From contig NC_043020.1 of assembly GCF_006345805.1 (NCBI RefSeq), forward strand, positions 19,716,001-19,780,000: a DNA stretch of 64,000 nt, given 5' to 3'. Below, one piece after another: positions 53,806 to 64,000 of this stretch (position 1 is its first letter; each line of letters starts with the position of its first letter). Source of the DNA: Octopus sinensis (lineage: Eukaryota). The notes beneath the pieces were generated by a model. That model saw nothing but the letters and a program-made list of their open reading frames with translations. It had not been told where the DNA came from and searched no databases. Made by a program: the position numbers and the translations under genes.

Positions 53806-55200
53806 TCTATATTATAATTCTGAAATGTGAAAAGTTTGTTTGTTTGTCTGGTTTTGGCATTGAGAACGGGTTAAAGGCCACTAGATCCCATCGGATTGAC
53901 TCCAAAATTTACAGGGACATGTAAAATGAGGTGAGGATGCGAGTGGCTAGGTTAGAAATCCCTATCTTAAAAGGTGTCATTGCTAGGGCAAAAAACGCAC
54001 TTTGACAAGACTACTCTCATTCTTTTATGTATCTGTCTTCCTCCATCACTCACTCTCTTTCCTCCCTTCCCATCACTTTCTATCTATAACGTCGTTTCAC
54101 AGCGTCTACCTCCCTTACCTTCACTTTCTCTTTATAACGTCGTTTCACAGCGTCCTATATTTCCCCGCCTTCGACAGCGCTTTCACACACTCTCTCTCTC
54201 ACTCTACGTCTGTCTGCATTCATAGATAGAATTATCATCGCCACCATCACCACACAATCAAGAGAACAAATATTATGAATCAGATATTTATTGGGTTAAC
54301 TTATATATGTGTGTGTGTGTTCTATATATAAATATGTATATATAATGTATATATACAAAGTGTATATATCTGTATTTATGTATATTAAACTTTTTAATAC
54401 TTTTTGATAGTTATATATATATTTTTTTAAATTATAAATATAAATTAATAATTTTAATTTTAAATTTAAATAATTTAAATTTTTTAATTTTATATATTAT
54501 ATATTTTGTATATTATATTTTAATTTTTATGTTTTGGTTTATATTTTTCATGGTTTGATTTGCCTAATAGTGGTTTTATCTCTAATTTAATTTATATATA
54601 TATATATATATATATATAATTTGTATACATTTGTATATATAATGCATACACACACACACACACACATATATATATAATGTGTGCATTATGTGGTCGGTTG
54701 TGCTGAAAATATGCACACCTATGTTAAAAGTGTTGGCGAGTTTGCATGGCAACTATTTTTTTCCTCAAATGAAAGGCGTGACCTCTAGGACAAAATTCCT
54801 CATCTTATAAAATGTGGCCCCAGTAGACCCGAATGAAATTGGGTTATATTAATCAAAATGTGAAAAGAGGTCTAAATGGGGCTTGAAGGGGATTAAAATT
54901 TACAGGAGCGGGTGTTTAGGAATTCTCTGTTACATCAAGCTAAAAAATTTGCACCAGCCTTTAAATCATCAATGTGTTGCCGTCCATGATGAAGAAGTTT
55001 TGAATGCTTGCCATGGTGAGTCTACTGTCGTGAGAAAGAATCACTTCAAAACTTGGTGTTTAGGAATTTTCTTTTACATCAAGTTCAAAATTTTACGCCA
55101 GCCGTTAAACTGCCACTACGTTACTGTCCGTCGTTAAGAAATGCCAGCCATGGTGACTCTACTATCCTCAGATTCTATCCCTTCAAACTTTGGTTCCCAA
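53806..55200 (+). mobile_element. Non-autonomous Helitron-like element (3' end not located)
   Basis: 5' TCTATATTATAA...AAAGTTTGTTTGTTTGTCTG and CGGATTGACTCCAAAATTT resemble invertebrate Helitron 5' ends; internal repeats at 54074-54154 and 54910-55195. Confidence 0.45.
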
Positions 55201-55460
55201 TATTTTTTTTTTTTTTATTCAGCTTGCAAGTTCGTCTGTCCCTTTTAAATGTTAGTGTTTTGCTGTCTGCCTTGAAGCAGACCTTTCCGTTGTCACTGCC
55301 TGATATTTATGAGTGATCTTTCAAAATATTTCTTTCTCAACTTACTCAAGATCTTTTGTTGTTTATAAATGGGAGAGAAATAGATAAAGATAGAGAATAA
55401 GAGAAGGCGAGGGAGAGTCCGAGGGAAAGTGAGAAAGGAGAGAGAAACAAAGAGGGTGAT

Positions 55461-55690
55461 TCATCATAATCATCATCATCATCGTTTAACGTCCGTTTTC
55501 CGTGCTAGCACGGGTTGGACGGTTTGACCGGGGTCTGGGAAGCAAGGAGGCTGCACCAAGCTCCAGTCTGATCTGACAGTGTTTCTACAGGTGGATGCCC
55601 TTCCTAACGCCAACCACTCTGTGAGTGTAGTGGGTGCATTTTTTGTGCCACCGGCACAGGTGCCAGGTGGGGCTAGCAGCGGCCACCATA
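55461..55690 (-). mobile_element. RTE 3' tail copy
   Basis: CATCATCGTTTAACGTCCGTTTTCCGTGCTAGCACGGG. Confidence 0.88.
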
Positions 55691-56202
55691 ATACATGCAC
55701 AAGATAACCGTTCACCACTTCGTCAGACATACATCCCGCCATTGGAACCGATCACATTAAACTTCGTTTCATCACTAAAATAAACCTGCGACCACTGATC
55801 TTCTGTCCAAACATGTTCGTGAGAGAAACAAAGACGGGCTCTTTGATTCTCCTTGGAGATCAGTTTTCTTTGCCGGTGCCCGAGCAAGCAACCTGGTACC
55901 TCATAACCTCCAAGAAACTGTTTTGCGTGATACATTGACATTGGAAGTGGAGCTAAACTTGCGGGATATCTCTTAAACCTATCCTTTAGGATCCTGTCTT
56001 GGTGAAGTTTTACAAGGTCTACCAGTTTTGGGCTAAGCAATTGTTGATCGTGATGACTTAAAACGAGTTACAATTCGTTGCACAACACTTCTAGATCTTC
56101 CTACAGTAGTTGCTATCACAGAATTTGACTTGCCCTCTTGGTGAAGGCACACAATCCTTTGTTTTTATCGCTGGACACCGATTGTCTTTCACCAGCTGCC
56201 AT
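55691..56202 (-). pseudogene. Tc1-family transposase remnant
   Basis: N-terminal HTH KQRIVCLHQEGKSNSVIATTVGRSRSVVQRIV, then WTEDQWSQVYFSDETKFN (first D of DDE); frameshifted. Confidence 0.85.
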
Positions 56203-56510
56203 GTTGACAGCTGAATGTTCCAATAATGTAAGATCATAAGAAGTAACTATTAGCCGATTAACAATCAGTTGGTAGTTCATTTTTCCCAAGTGATCCTTAA
56301 CTTCCAGCCGTTGTAGCTTGGAAGATTATTTGTTTATTTCATCATAACTTACAAAATATTTCTTCCATTCATTTTGTATTTCTTATCTCTTCCTCTACTT
56401 CACCCACGCTAATCCACCCTCTCCTTATCTTTTACTCCTCTCTTCCTCTTCTCCCATTCAACCTTTAAATCCCTTGCAATACAATATGAACTGCCATCTG
56501 TCATTTTTCC

Positions 56511-56590
56511 CTCCTGATGAAGGAAGCCAGTAATATGGTAATGTCTCTTTGCATCCATCTACTGGTTGCATATCCATGAACTTTGTACAT
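56511..56590 (+). ncRNA. Possible decayed hammerhead with a long stem II
   Basis: CTGATGA-AGGA...CCAGTA/TACTGG...TCC; GAAA and stem I are eroded. Confidence 0.3.
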
Positions 56591-57603
56591 TTCATCTGCT
56601 AATTATCAACATTACAACTATTTGATAATTCTAAGCTAAAAAAAAATAGATATTGGGTTAAAAAAAACTATGCATTCACCCCTAGTTTTCTATACTTTAT
56701 ATATCTTAAATAAAAGTAAATGTTTGTCAATATATATATCTTTATGCTTGTACATACTAGTTTATCTTCTGAATATATCTAGATATTTTGTATCTATCTG
56801 TGTGTGTGCATGTCAAATCATGTTTATTTGCATCACTAACTCCATGGATCTAGACTTTGATAAAGACTTCAGACTTTAAGTTCAAATCATTTGAGCACCA
56901 CTACATGTTCTCTTTATTGAGCATCTCTAGATCTCACCTGTTGACTGTATGTATGTATATGATTATATATATCAGTGGTGTATAGTGCTGGTTGTCATTG
57001 GTTGTGCATATTTCTGTAACTTAAAAGCATTTAAGATCACTAATTAAATTTTAGATAAAATGCCTAAACACACAACTAAGAAAATCACAAAATTCACTGA
57101 GTAAAATATCAACACACAACCTGTTACATCAAACCATTTTCAGTGACTAATGACAAAACAGCTGATACTACCCAAACTTCAGGTGTTTGGTGTGCTACCA
57201 GTGCCAGAATTTGACCTGACTTAAGTTTTGTTTCTGACTCCTAAAAACAAATTCAGATCAAAGTTATATGATGATATTGAAAGAAAAAAATTAGTTTTAG
57301 TTTAAAAATTCTAAATTAACATAAATGAACTTCTTGCGATGAAAACAAGCATGAAACCGTGCTGTCAAAGCTGTCAAACATCTTTTGCCATTCTTCCATT
57401 ATTCTATGATATGCCCAGTACCATATTACAATGCGCTGTGAGGTGTGCAGTGTTTTTTCAGGACAACACCTGTTACCAAATTTCAAGCAAGAGTGTAACA
57501 AAAGTTTTCCATTATAATTTGTGGTTAAATTAATGAGTAAGGTTAATAATTTATAATGCACACAGCACACCTGGACTATATTCCTCTGATATATATATAT
57601 GAA

Positions 57604-57832
57604 GGCGGCGAGCTGGCAGAAACGTTAGCAAACCGGGCGAAATGCGTAGCCGTATTTCGTCTGCCACTACGTTCTGAGTTCAAATTCCGCCGAGGTCGAC
57701 TTTGCCTTTCATCCTTTCGGGGTCGATAAATTAAGTACCAGTTACGCACTGGGGTCGATATAATCGACTTAATCCGTTTGTCTGCCCTTGTTCTTTCCTC
57801 TATGTTTAGCCCCTTGTGGGTAGTAAAGAAAT
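57604..57832 (+). mobile_element. SINE family B, best-preserved copy
   Basis: GGCGGCGAGCTGGCAGAAACGTTAGC...GAGTTCAAATTCC...GCCTTTCATCCTTTCGGGGTCGATAAATTAAGTACCAG (Meta-domain-like); inserted in (TA)n. Confidence 0.9.
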
Positions 57833-57912
<80 letters not shown>

Positions 57913-58446
57913 CAACAAAAGCTGCCTTTTTTGATGACTATTAATTAGAACATCCAACCTAATTTGGATTTGTTGTTTATAATGCTGTAGACTGGTAAAT
58001 GTTTCAAAAATTCATTTCACATAAATGACAAATGCTATGAAACATCATTTCTGTTGGTTGATAAAATTTTGTCAACACCACCAGATGACACCACTGTATC
58101 ACTTGATTTCACCACATTGCAGATCATCAGCCAAGCACCAAGTGCAAGTAGTGCCATCAGCTGGTGCTGACAAAATTTCATCAACCAACAGAATTGTTGT
58201 CTACACAAAATGATTTTTTGGGGACATTCACTGAAATCTGTGGAATTATAAGCAACACATCCAAGTTATGTTGGATGTGCTAAGTTTGCTTCCCAACCAC
58301 ATGGTTCTGGGTTCAAGTCCTACTGTGTGACACCTTGAGCAAGTGTCTTCTTATATAGCTACAGGCCAACCAAAGCCTTGTGAGTGGATTTGGTAGATAG
58401 AAAATGAAAGAAGCCCTGTTGTATACATATATATATATATATATAT

Positions 58447-58767
58447 GGTTGATGCCTGGCTGGCACCCATGCCGGTGGTAATGTACAAAGCACCATTCGA
58501 GTGTGACCAATGCCAGTGCTACCTGACTAGCACCTGTACTGGTGGCACATAAAAAGTACTATTTGAGTATGGCTGATGCCAGTACCGCCTGACTGGCTCC
58601 TGTGCCAGTGACACGTAAAAGCACGCACTTCACTCTTGGAGTGGTTGACATTAGGAAGGGCATCCAGCTGTAGAAACCTTGCCAAATCAGCCTGGGGCAG
58701 CCTCCAGGCTTGCAAGTTCTCAGTCAAACCGTCCAACCCATGCCAGCATGGAAAGCAGACGTTAAAT
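58447..58767 (+). mobile_element. RTE 3' UTR/tail copy following a SINE A head (58280-58430)
   Basis: Includes the GTGGCAC..AAAGCAC repeat units and AGGAAGGGCATCCAGCTGTAGAAAC. Confidence 0.8.
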
Positions 58768-59112
58768 TAGAGAGCAGTCGCCATATGCCCTTACATATTG
58801 GCTAACTTTGATGAATGTAAAGTTATATAATTGGATTGTTACCTAACAAATGGTACTGAATTTTAACCCTAGGAAAATGTGTCGTTAACCAGCTGGAAAA
58901 GACATTTTCATGGGGTTAAGATGTAGTAACATAGTTTTATATAGAAAAGCCATGTTATAGTGGAAAGTATTGTTACTACTTATATCTCATGAAGAGATTT
59001 TAGAACTAAATGGAGAAAATTTTCCAGCATCTTATAGTATGGTAGTTCAGTTTCTTAATCAAAAAAAAGAAAGAAAAAATTATAATAATGAACCAATGCA
59101 AAATTAAAATAC

Positions 59113-59118
59113 TTTATT
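59113..59118 (-). terminator. Polyadenylation signal AATAAA
   Basis: About 74 nt downstream of the stop of the 59192-59314 exon. Confidence 0.5.
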
Positions 59119-59191
59119 ATTATTCTCTTTTTTTTGTGTGTATGAGTGTAAGGTGAAGTTGTCTTCATTAAACATAATAATTATAATGATA

Positions 59192-59314
59192 TTATTTAGC
59201 GAAATAGTAAACTTCTTCAAATGCCCGTTCTGGCATAGGGGGTTGATCATATGAAGTAAACTTGATTTCTATTGGCGAGTCTGGCATAGATTCTACATCT
59301 TGTTCATCATCTAT
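59192..59314 (-). CDS. Terminal coding exon of an unidentified gene: IDDEQDVESMPDSPIEIKFTSYDQPPMPERAFEEVYYFAK*
   Basis: Acceptor TTTTTTCTTTTGTTGTCATAACAG, 40 open codons with protein-like composition, TAA stop, downstream AATAAA. Confidence 0.7.
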   Translation of the reverse strand: MDDEQDVESMPDSPIEIKFTSYDQPPMPERAFEEVYYFAK

Positions 59315-60342
59315 CTGTTATGACAACAAAAGAAAAAATATAATGAAGACAAAACATTACAAAAAAAAAATCTACCAGATTAAAAAGAAATATATAAGAT
59401 ACTATGACATATGAAATAATGAAATGCTCTAGCTAAAAGATTTGTATGCAAGAGGCCATCTAGCTCAGTGATTCTCAACCAGGGTCCATATAAGATGTTT
59501 GTGGATCCATGCAACAAAAAAGTAAATTGGAGATCCGCAACAGAATATTAAGGGACCCTGAAAAAATTTTGCTTTCGATGTATTTCAAGAAACAGCCAAG
59601 TTTCTTTCTCTAACATTTTACACAGTTCAACCTACACAAGTTAGTGTGAAGAAAACAAAATAGGAATTTTGAAAGAACTGGTTTCATCCATTATTTTCTC
59701 ACTTTTAAATATTTCAGTCAATGGGACTCTCATCTCTTCTGAAGAACTTGTAACTGACAAAATGGCAAAAAAGTAACCCAAAATCTCTTTAGACTCAGAA
59801 AATTCTTCTTCCCCCAGCATTTGCTGATCTTCTCGAATAAGACCAACAATGGAATCCTGTTATCACATATGGCTAGTAGACTTAATTTATTGCTCGGTTC
59901 AACACAACTAGCTGATCCTTGGGTGCCTTTAGCAGAGTCCACAGTTGAAAGTATCTAAGTTTCTGGTTTGAGAATACCTACTTTCTCCACTCACACTAGT
60001 CCTGAGAGCCCCGTAGAGGACCATATTCACTACCTTTTCTTCCTGATTAAATGGGCGCATAAGGATGCAAATTCCCATCTCCTTGGATTTTGTAGACAGG
60101 CAAGCTGCACAACATCCTCACAAGTGTCAGTGGGACAAAAAAAAAAGACACCTAGAAAATACTATAAAGTGGTTGGCATTAGGAAGGGCATCCAGCTGTA
60201 GAAACCATACCAAAGCAGATCCTGAGACATGATCCTTGGACCCATCAGATCATGTCAAACTGTCCACCCTATGCCAGACATCCACCCTAACATAGACATC
60301 AAACTGTCCACCCTAACATAGACATCAAATGATGATGATAGG

Positions 60343-60373
<31 letters not shown>

Positions 60374-60602
60374 CATGCATGTATTTCAACTAAACACAGC
60401 ATTGCCACTGAATGCAGCATATTTGAGATTGTGTGTAAGAATAAGTCTGTGCAGTCAAAATAAAAGTTCAATGTTTAAATTTTTTCTACAAATATGAATA
60501 TAATATCCTGAACATGTTCAATTTGGAGATATACTTATATAATGTTGTGATTCATTAAAATATCATGACACACTGATCTAATCAACTCAGCAAAGTGATT
60601 TT

Positions 60603-61787
60603 ATGTACAGCATATTACATATGTACAGCACAATTACATTCACTCCTCCCACTCTCTCATATGAAGAGCACAATTACATTCACTCCTCCCATTCTCTCAT
60701 ATGTACAGCACAATTACATTCACTCCTCCCACTCTCTCATATGTACAGCACAATTACATTCACTCCTCCCACTCTCTCATATGAAGAGCACAATTACATT
60801 CACTCTCTCCCACTCTCTCATATGTACAGCACAATTACATTCACTCCTCCCACTCTCTCATATGAAGAGCACAATTACATTCACTCCTCCCATTCTCTCA
60901 TATGTACAGCACAATTACATTCACTCCTCCCACTCTCTCATATGTACAGCACAATTACATTCACTCCTCCCACTCTCTCATATGAAGAGCACAATTACAT
61001 TCACTCCTCCCACTCTCTCATATGTACAGCACAATTACATTCACTCCTCCCACTCTTTCATATGTACAGCACAATTACATTCACTCTCTCCCACTCTCTC
61101 ATATGTACAGCACAATTACATTAACTCCTCCCACTCTCTCATATGTACAGCACAATTACATTAACTCCTCCCACTCTCTCATATGTACAGCACAATTACA
61201 TTCACTCTCTCCCACTCTCTCATATGTACAGCACAATTACATTAACTCCTCCCACTCTCTCATATGTACAGCACAATTACATTAACTCCTCCCACTCTCT
61301 CATATGTACAGCACAATTACATTCACTCTCTCCCACTCTCTCATATGTACAGCACAATTACATTAACTCCTCCCACTCTCTCATATGTACAGCACAATTA
61401 CATTCACTCCTCCCACTCTCATATGAAGAGCACAATTACATTCACTCCTCCCACTCTCTTATATGTACAGCACAATTACATTCACTCCTCCCACTCTCTC
61501 ATATGTACAGCACAATTACATTCACTCCTCCCACTCTCTCATATGAAGAGCACGATTACATTCACTCCTCCCACTCTCTCATATGTACAGCACAATTACA
61601 TTCACTCCTCCCACTCTCTCATATGAAGAGCACAATTACATTCACTCCTCCCACTCTCTCATATGTACAGCACAATTACATTCACTCCTCCCACTCTCTC
61701 ATATGTACAGCACTATTACATTCACTCCTCCCACTCTCTCATATGTACAGCACAATTACATTCACTCCCTCCCACTCTCTTGTATGA
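60603..61787. repeat. 40-bp minisatellite, about 29 units
   Basis: Unit ATGTACAGCACAATTACATTCACTCCTCCCACTCTCTCAT with ATGAAG, TTAACT and 38/41-bp variants. Confidence 0.97.
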
Positions 61788-62236
61788 AGTGCAAAAGTTT
61801 GAAACCTATGACATTCTCCAATCCCCACAGCAGCTGAATTTACTAAATTCTTTTTCTATCTTGCAAAATTCTTTTATCAACTCTGTTATGGATTAAATGT
61901 TGTCAACACAGACTGTTATTAACCATTCTAAGGTTTTGGATTTTACCCAAGATAATTCCCAAAATAAATACTATAACATGATTTCACTATATTTTGAATA
62001 AAGTATTCTTAAAAAGATGTTGACTATCTTCAGTCGGTTTGGGAATGTTGATTCCCTCAGAATTCTTGAATCCAAGGCATCCAGAAGATGGTTGAAGTGA
62101 ATTCATAAGAATATGCAAAAAAATAATGAACAAAATATAGAAAATAATTTTTTTATATTGAGGGAAACTATTTTTTTCAAAATACTGTACTAATTTACAT
62201 AATTATGGGAAATTAATTATTTTTCTAATCATTATA

Positions 62237-62630
62237 GGAGCAGGTGTAGTTGTGTAATAAGAAGCTTGCTTTCCAATCTCATGGTTTCAGGTTCAGTCCC
62301 ACTTCATGATACCTTGGGCAAATATCTTCTACTATAGCCTGGGGGTGAACAAAGGCTTGTGAGTGGATTTGGTAAATGGAAACTGAAAGAAGACTGTCGC
62401 ATATATATGTAGTGTGTGAGTCTTTGTCCCCCACTACCGCTTGACCACCAGTGTTGGTGTGTTTACATACCCAAAACTTAGCAGTTCAACAAAAGAGACT
62501 GATAGAATAAGTGCCAGAGTTTTAAAAAATAAGTCCTGAGGTCAATTTGTTTGACTAAAACCCTTCAAGGTGGTGCCCCAGCATGGTCACAGTCAAATGA
62601 CTGAAACAAGTAAAAGATAAAAAATAAAAG
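62237..62630 (+). mobile_element. SINE family A
   Basis: Head and tail motifs; another head at 63830-64000. Confidence 0.8.
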
Positions 62631-62871
62631 ACAAATTTTTCTCACTCCCTAGTTTAGTTCTTGGGACAAGTATATACAATGGTTTTAATTTTTCTATCAG
62701 ATGTTCAAAAGAACAAAACTCAGTAGATGCAACAGGGAAAGATATGCTTCTGTGCCAAATTCCTGTCACTTAAGAGCCAAACAATGGCCTACAACGTGAA
62801 ACATATACATTCACTTTTATATAAGGTAATAATTTTAAAAGCTGAGATACGATCTATTAGGATCATAAAAA

Positions 62872-63214
62872 GGGTAAGGAGTAAAGACCCCTTTCAGTCA
62901 TGAATGACCATGGCATTGCATCCAGAATGTTACCCACCAAGGCACAAGTTTGGGCAAGGTTGTTTAAGGAAGACCAGCAGTCACCCATGTATACCAGCCT
63001 CTCCTCTCCACGCCACTGATGTTATCCAAAGGAAAGGCAGAAGCTGACACAGCTTGGCACCAGTGACATCACAACTCATTTCTACAGCTGAGTAAACCAG
63101 AGCAATGTGAAATAAAGTTTTTTGCTCAAGAACACACCACATAGTCCAGTCCAGGAATCAAACTCACTACCTCATGATTGTGAGCCTGATGCTCTAACCC
63201 CTAAGCCATGCTCC
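62872..63214 (-). mobile_element. SINE family C (tRNA-derived head, V/CORE-like segment)
   Basis: Minus strand GGAGCATGGCTTAGGGGTTAGAGC...GAGTTTGATTCC, then GTGTTCTTGAGCAAAAAACTTT...CTCAGCTGTAGAAATGAG. Confidence 0.75.
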
Positions 63215-63249
63215 TTCACATGTTATGAAGACCATAGCCTGGCCTTTAA

Positions 63250-63696
63250 CCCTTTATCATTCAGATCACTCTATCAAATGTAGAGATTATTTATTCACAT
63301 TGTTTTGAATTAATCATGTATTATCTAGTAGCTTTGACATTTTGATGAAGTGATTGTTTATTTTAAGAATGATGTTGTAGGGTAGGTGTACGAAGCATGA
63401 TCTGACCAGTTTAACCCTTTAGAGTTCAGATTACTTTGTCAAATGTAATGCTTATTTACTCATATTGTTTTAAATCTATTATTCATTATCTTGTAGCTTC
63501 AAGTTATATAAATGATTTCATTGTTTATTTTTAGCCAGTCATTGTATGGTACTTGTAAGAAACCCAATCTCTCTAGTCTGAGCATAATACAGGTAGAATA
63601 TTTAGGCCGAATACAACTGGTTTGAATGCTAAAGGGTTAAATATAAACCAGATAGAATTTTTGGGCCTGGTATGGCCAGTTTGAATGCTAAAGGGG
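63250..63696. mobile_element. TTAA MITE with a same-family copy nested at 63415-63636
   Basis: Two left ends (TTAA|CCCTTTA) and two right ends (GAATGCTAAAGGG); inner copy flanked by TTAA. Confidence 0.75.
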
Positions 63697-64000
63697 TAAT
63701 GTAAGTTCATTGTGCTGTAAAAAGCAAAAAGGTATATTTGGACATAAAGCAATACCTCAAAACTTCCTTTCCCAACCATTGCACTATGGAAAAATATATA
63801 TAAAAATGATGATAAATTACACATGACTCATGTGGGACTGTGTGGTAAAAATTTTGCTTCCCAATCTCATGGTTATGGGTTCACTTCCAATGTGTAGCAC
63901 TTTAGGCAAATGTCTTCAAAAATAACCCTGGGCCGACCAAAGACTTGTGAGTAGATTTGGTAGAGAGAAACTGAAAGAGACCTATTGTGTTTGCGTGAGT

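Noticed and set aside
58863-58919. Small TTAACCC...GGGTTAA palindrome
   Set aside because: A single short instance; it may be a tiny MITE remnant but cannot be supported
59715-60120. Unique-looking sequence with 70-77 aa ORFs
   Set aside because: No convincing splice sites or protein motifs
60595-61896. Overlapping repetitive ORFs up to 214 aa; possible CRISPR-like array
   Set aside because: The ORFs are by-products of a stop-free 40-bp tandem unit. There are no unique spacers and no cas genes, and the context is eukaryotic.

Overview
AT-rich, microsatellite-dense eukaryotic DNA. The repeat families look like those of Octopus or another coleoid cephalopod; this is recognition from sequence only, not a database result. 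Most of the window is interspersed repeats: three tRNA-headed SINE families, RTE-clade LINEs plus many short copies of their 3' tail, a stack of R4/Dong LINE fragments in (TAA)n, a Tx1/L1 3' fragment, Tc1/mariner, piggyBac-type and Helitron-like DNA elements, Penelope-like (PLE) pseudo-LTR fragments and a 40-bp minisatellite. Host-gene evidence is limited to a 347-aa uncharacterised ORF (7094-8137, minus strand, behind a splice acceptor) and a terminal coding exon (59192-59314, minus strand) that the ORF track misses. The strongest unannotated signal is about 15 type I hammerhead ribozyme motifs, 3 with an intact core and the rest decayed. They belong to many unrelated PLE/retrozyme-like families, and most have a short self-complementary stem III suggesting dimer-dependent cleavage. 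Also notable are a C4HC3 PHD finger inside RTE ORF2, an ~830-bp inverted pLTR pair and a head-to-tail Dong stack. Repeat boundaries were read by eye and are approximate.
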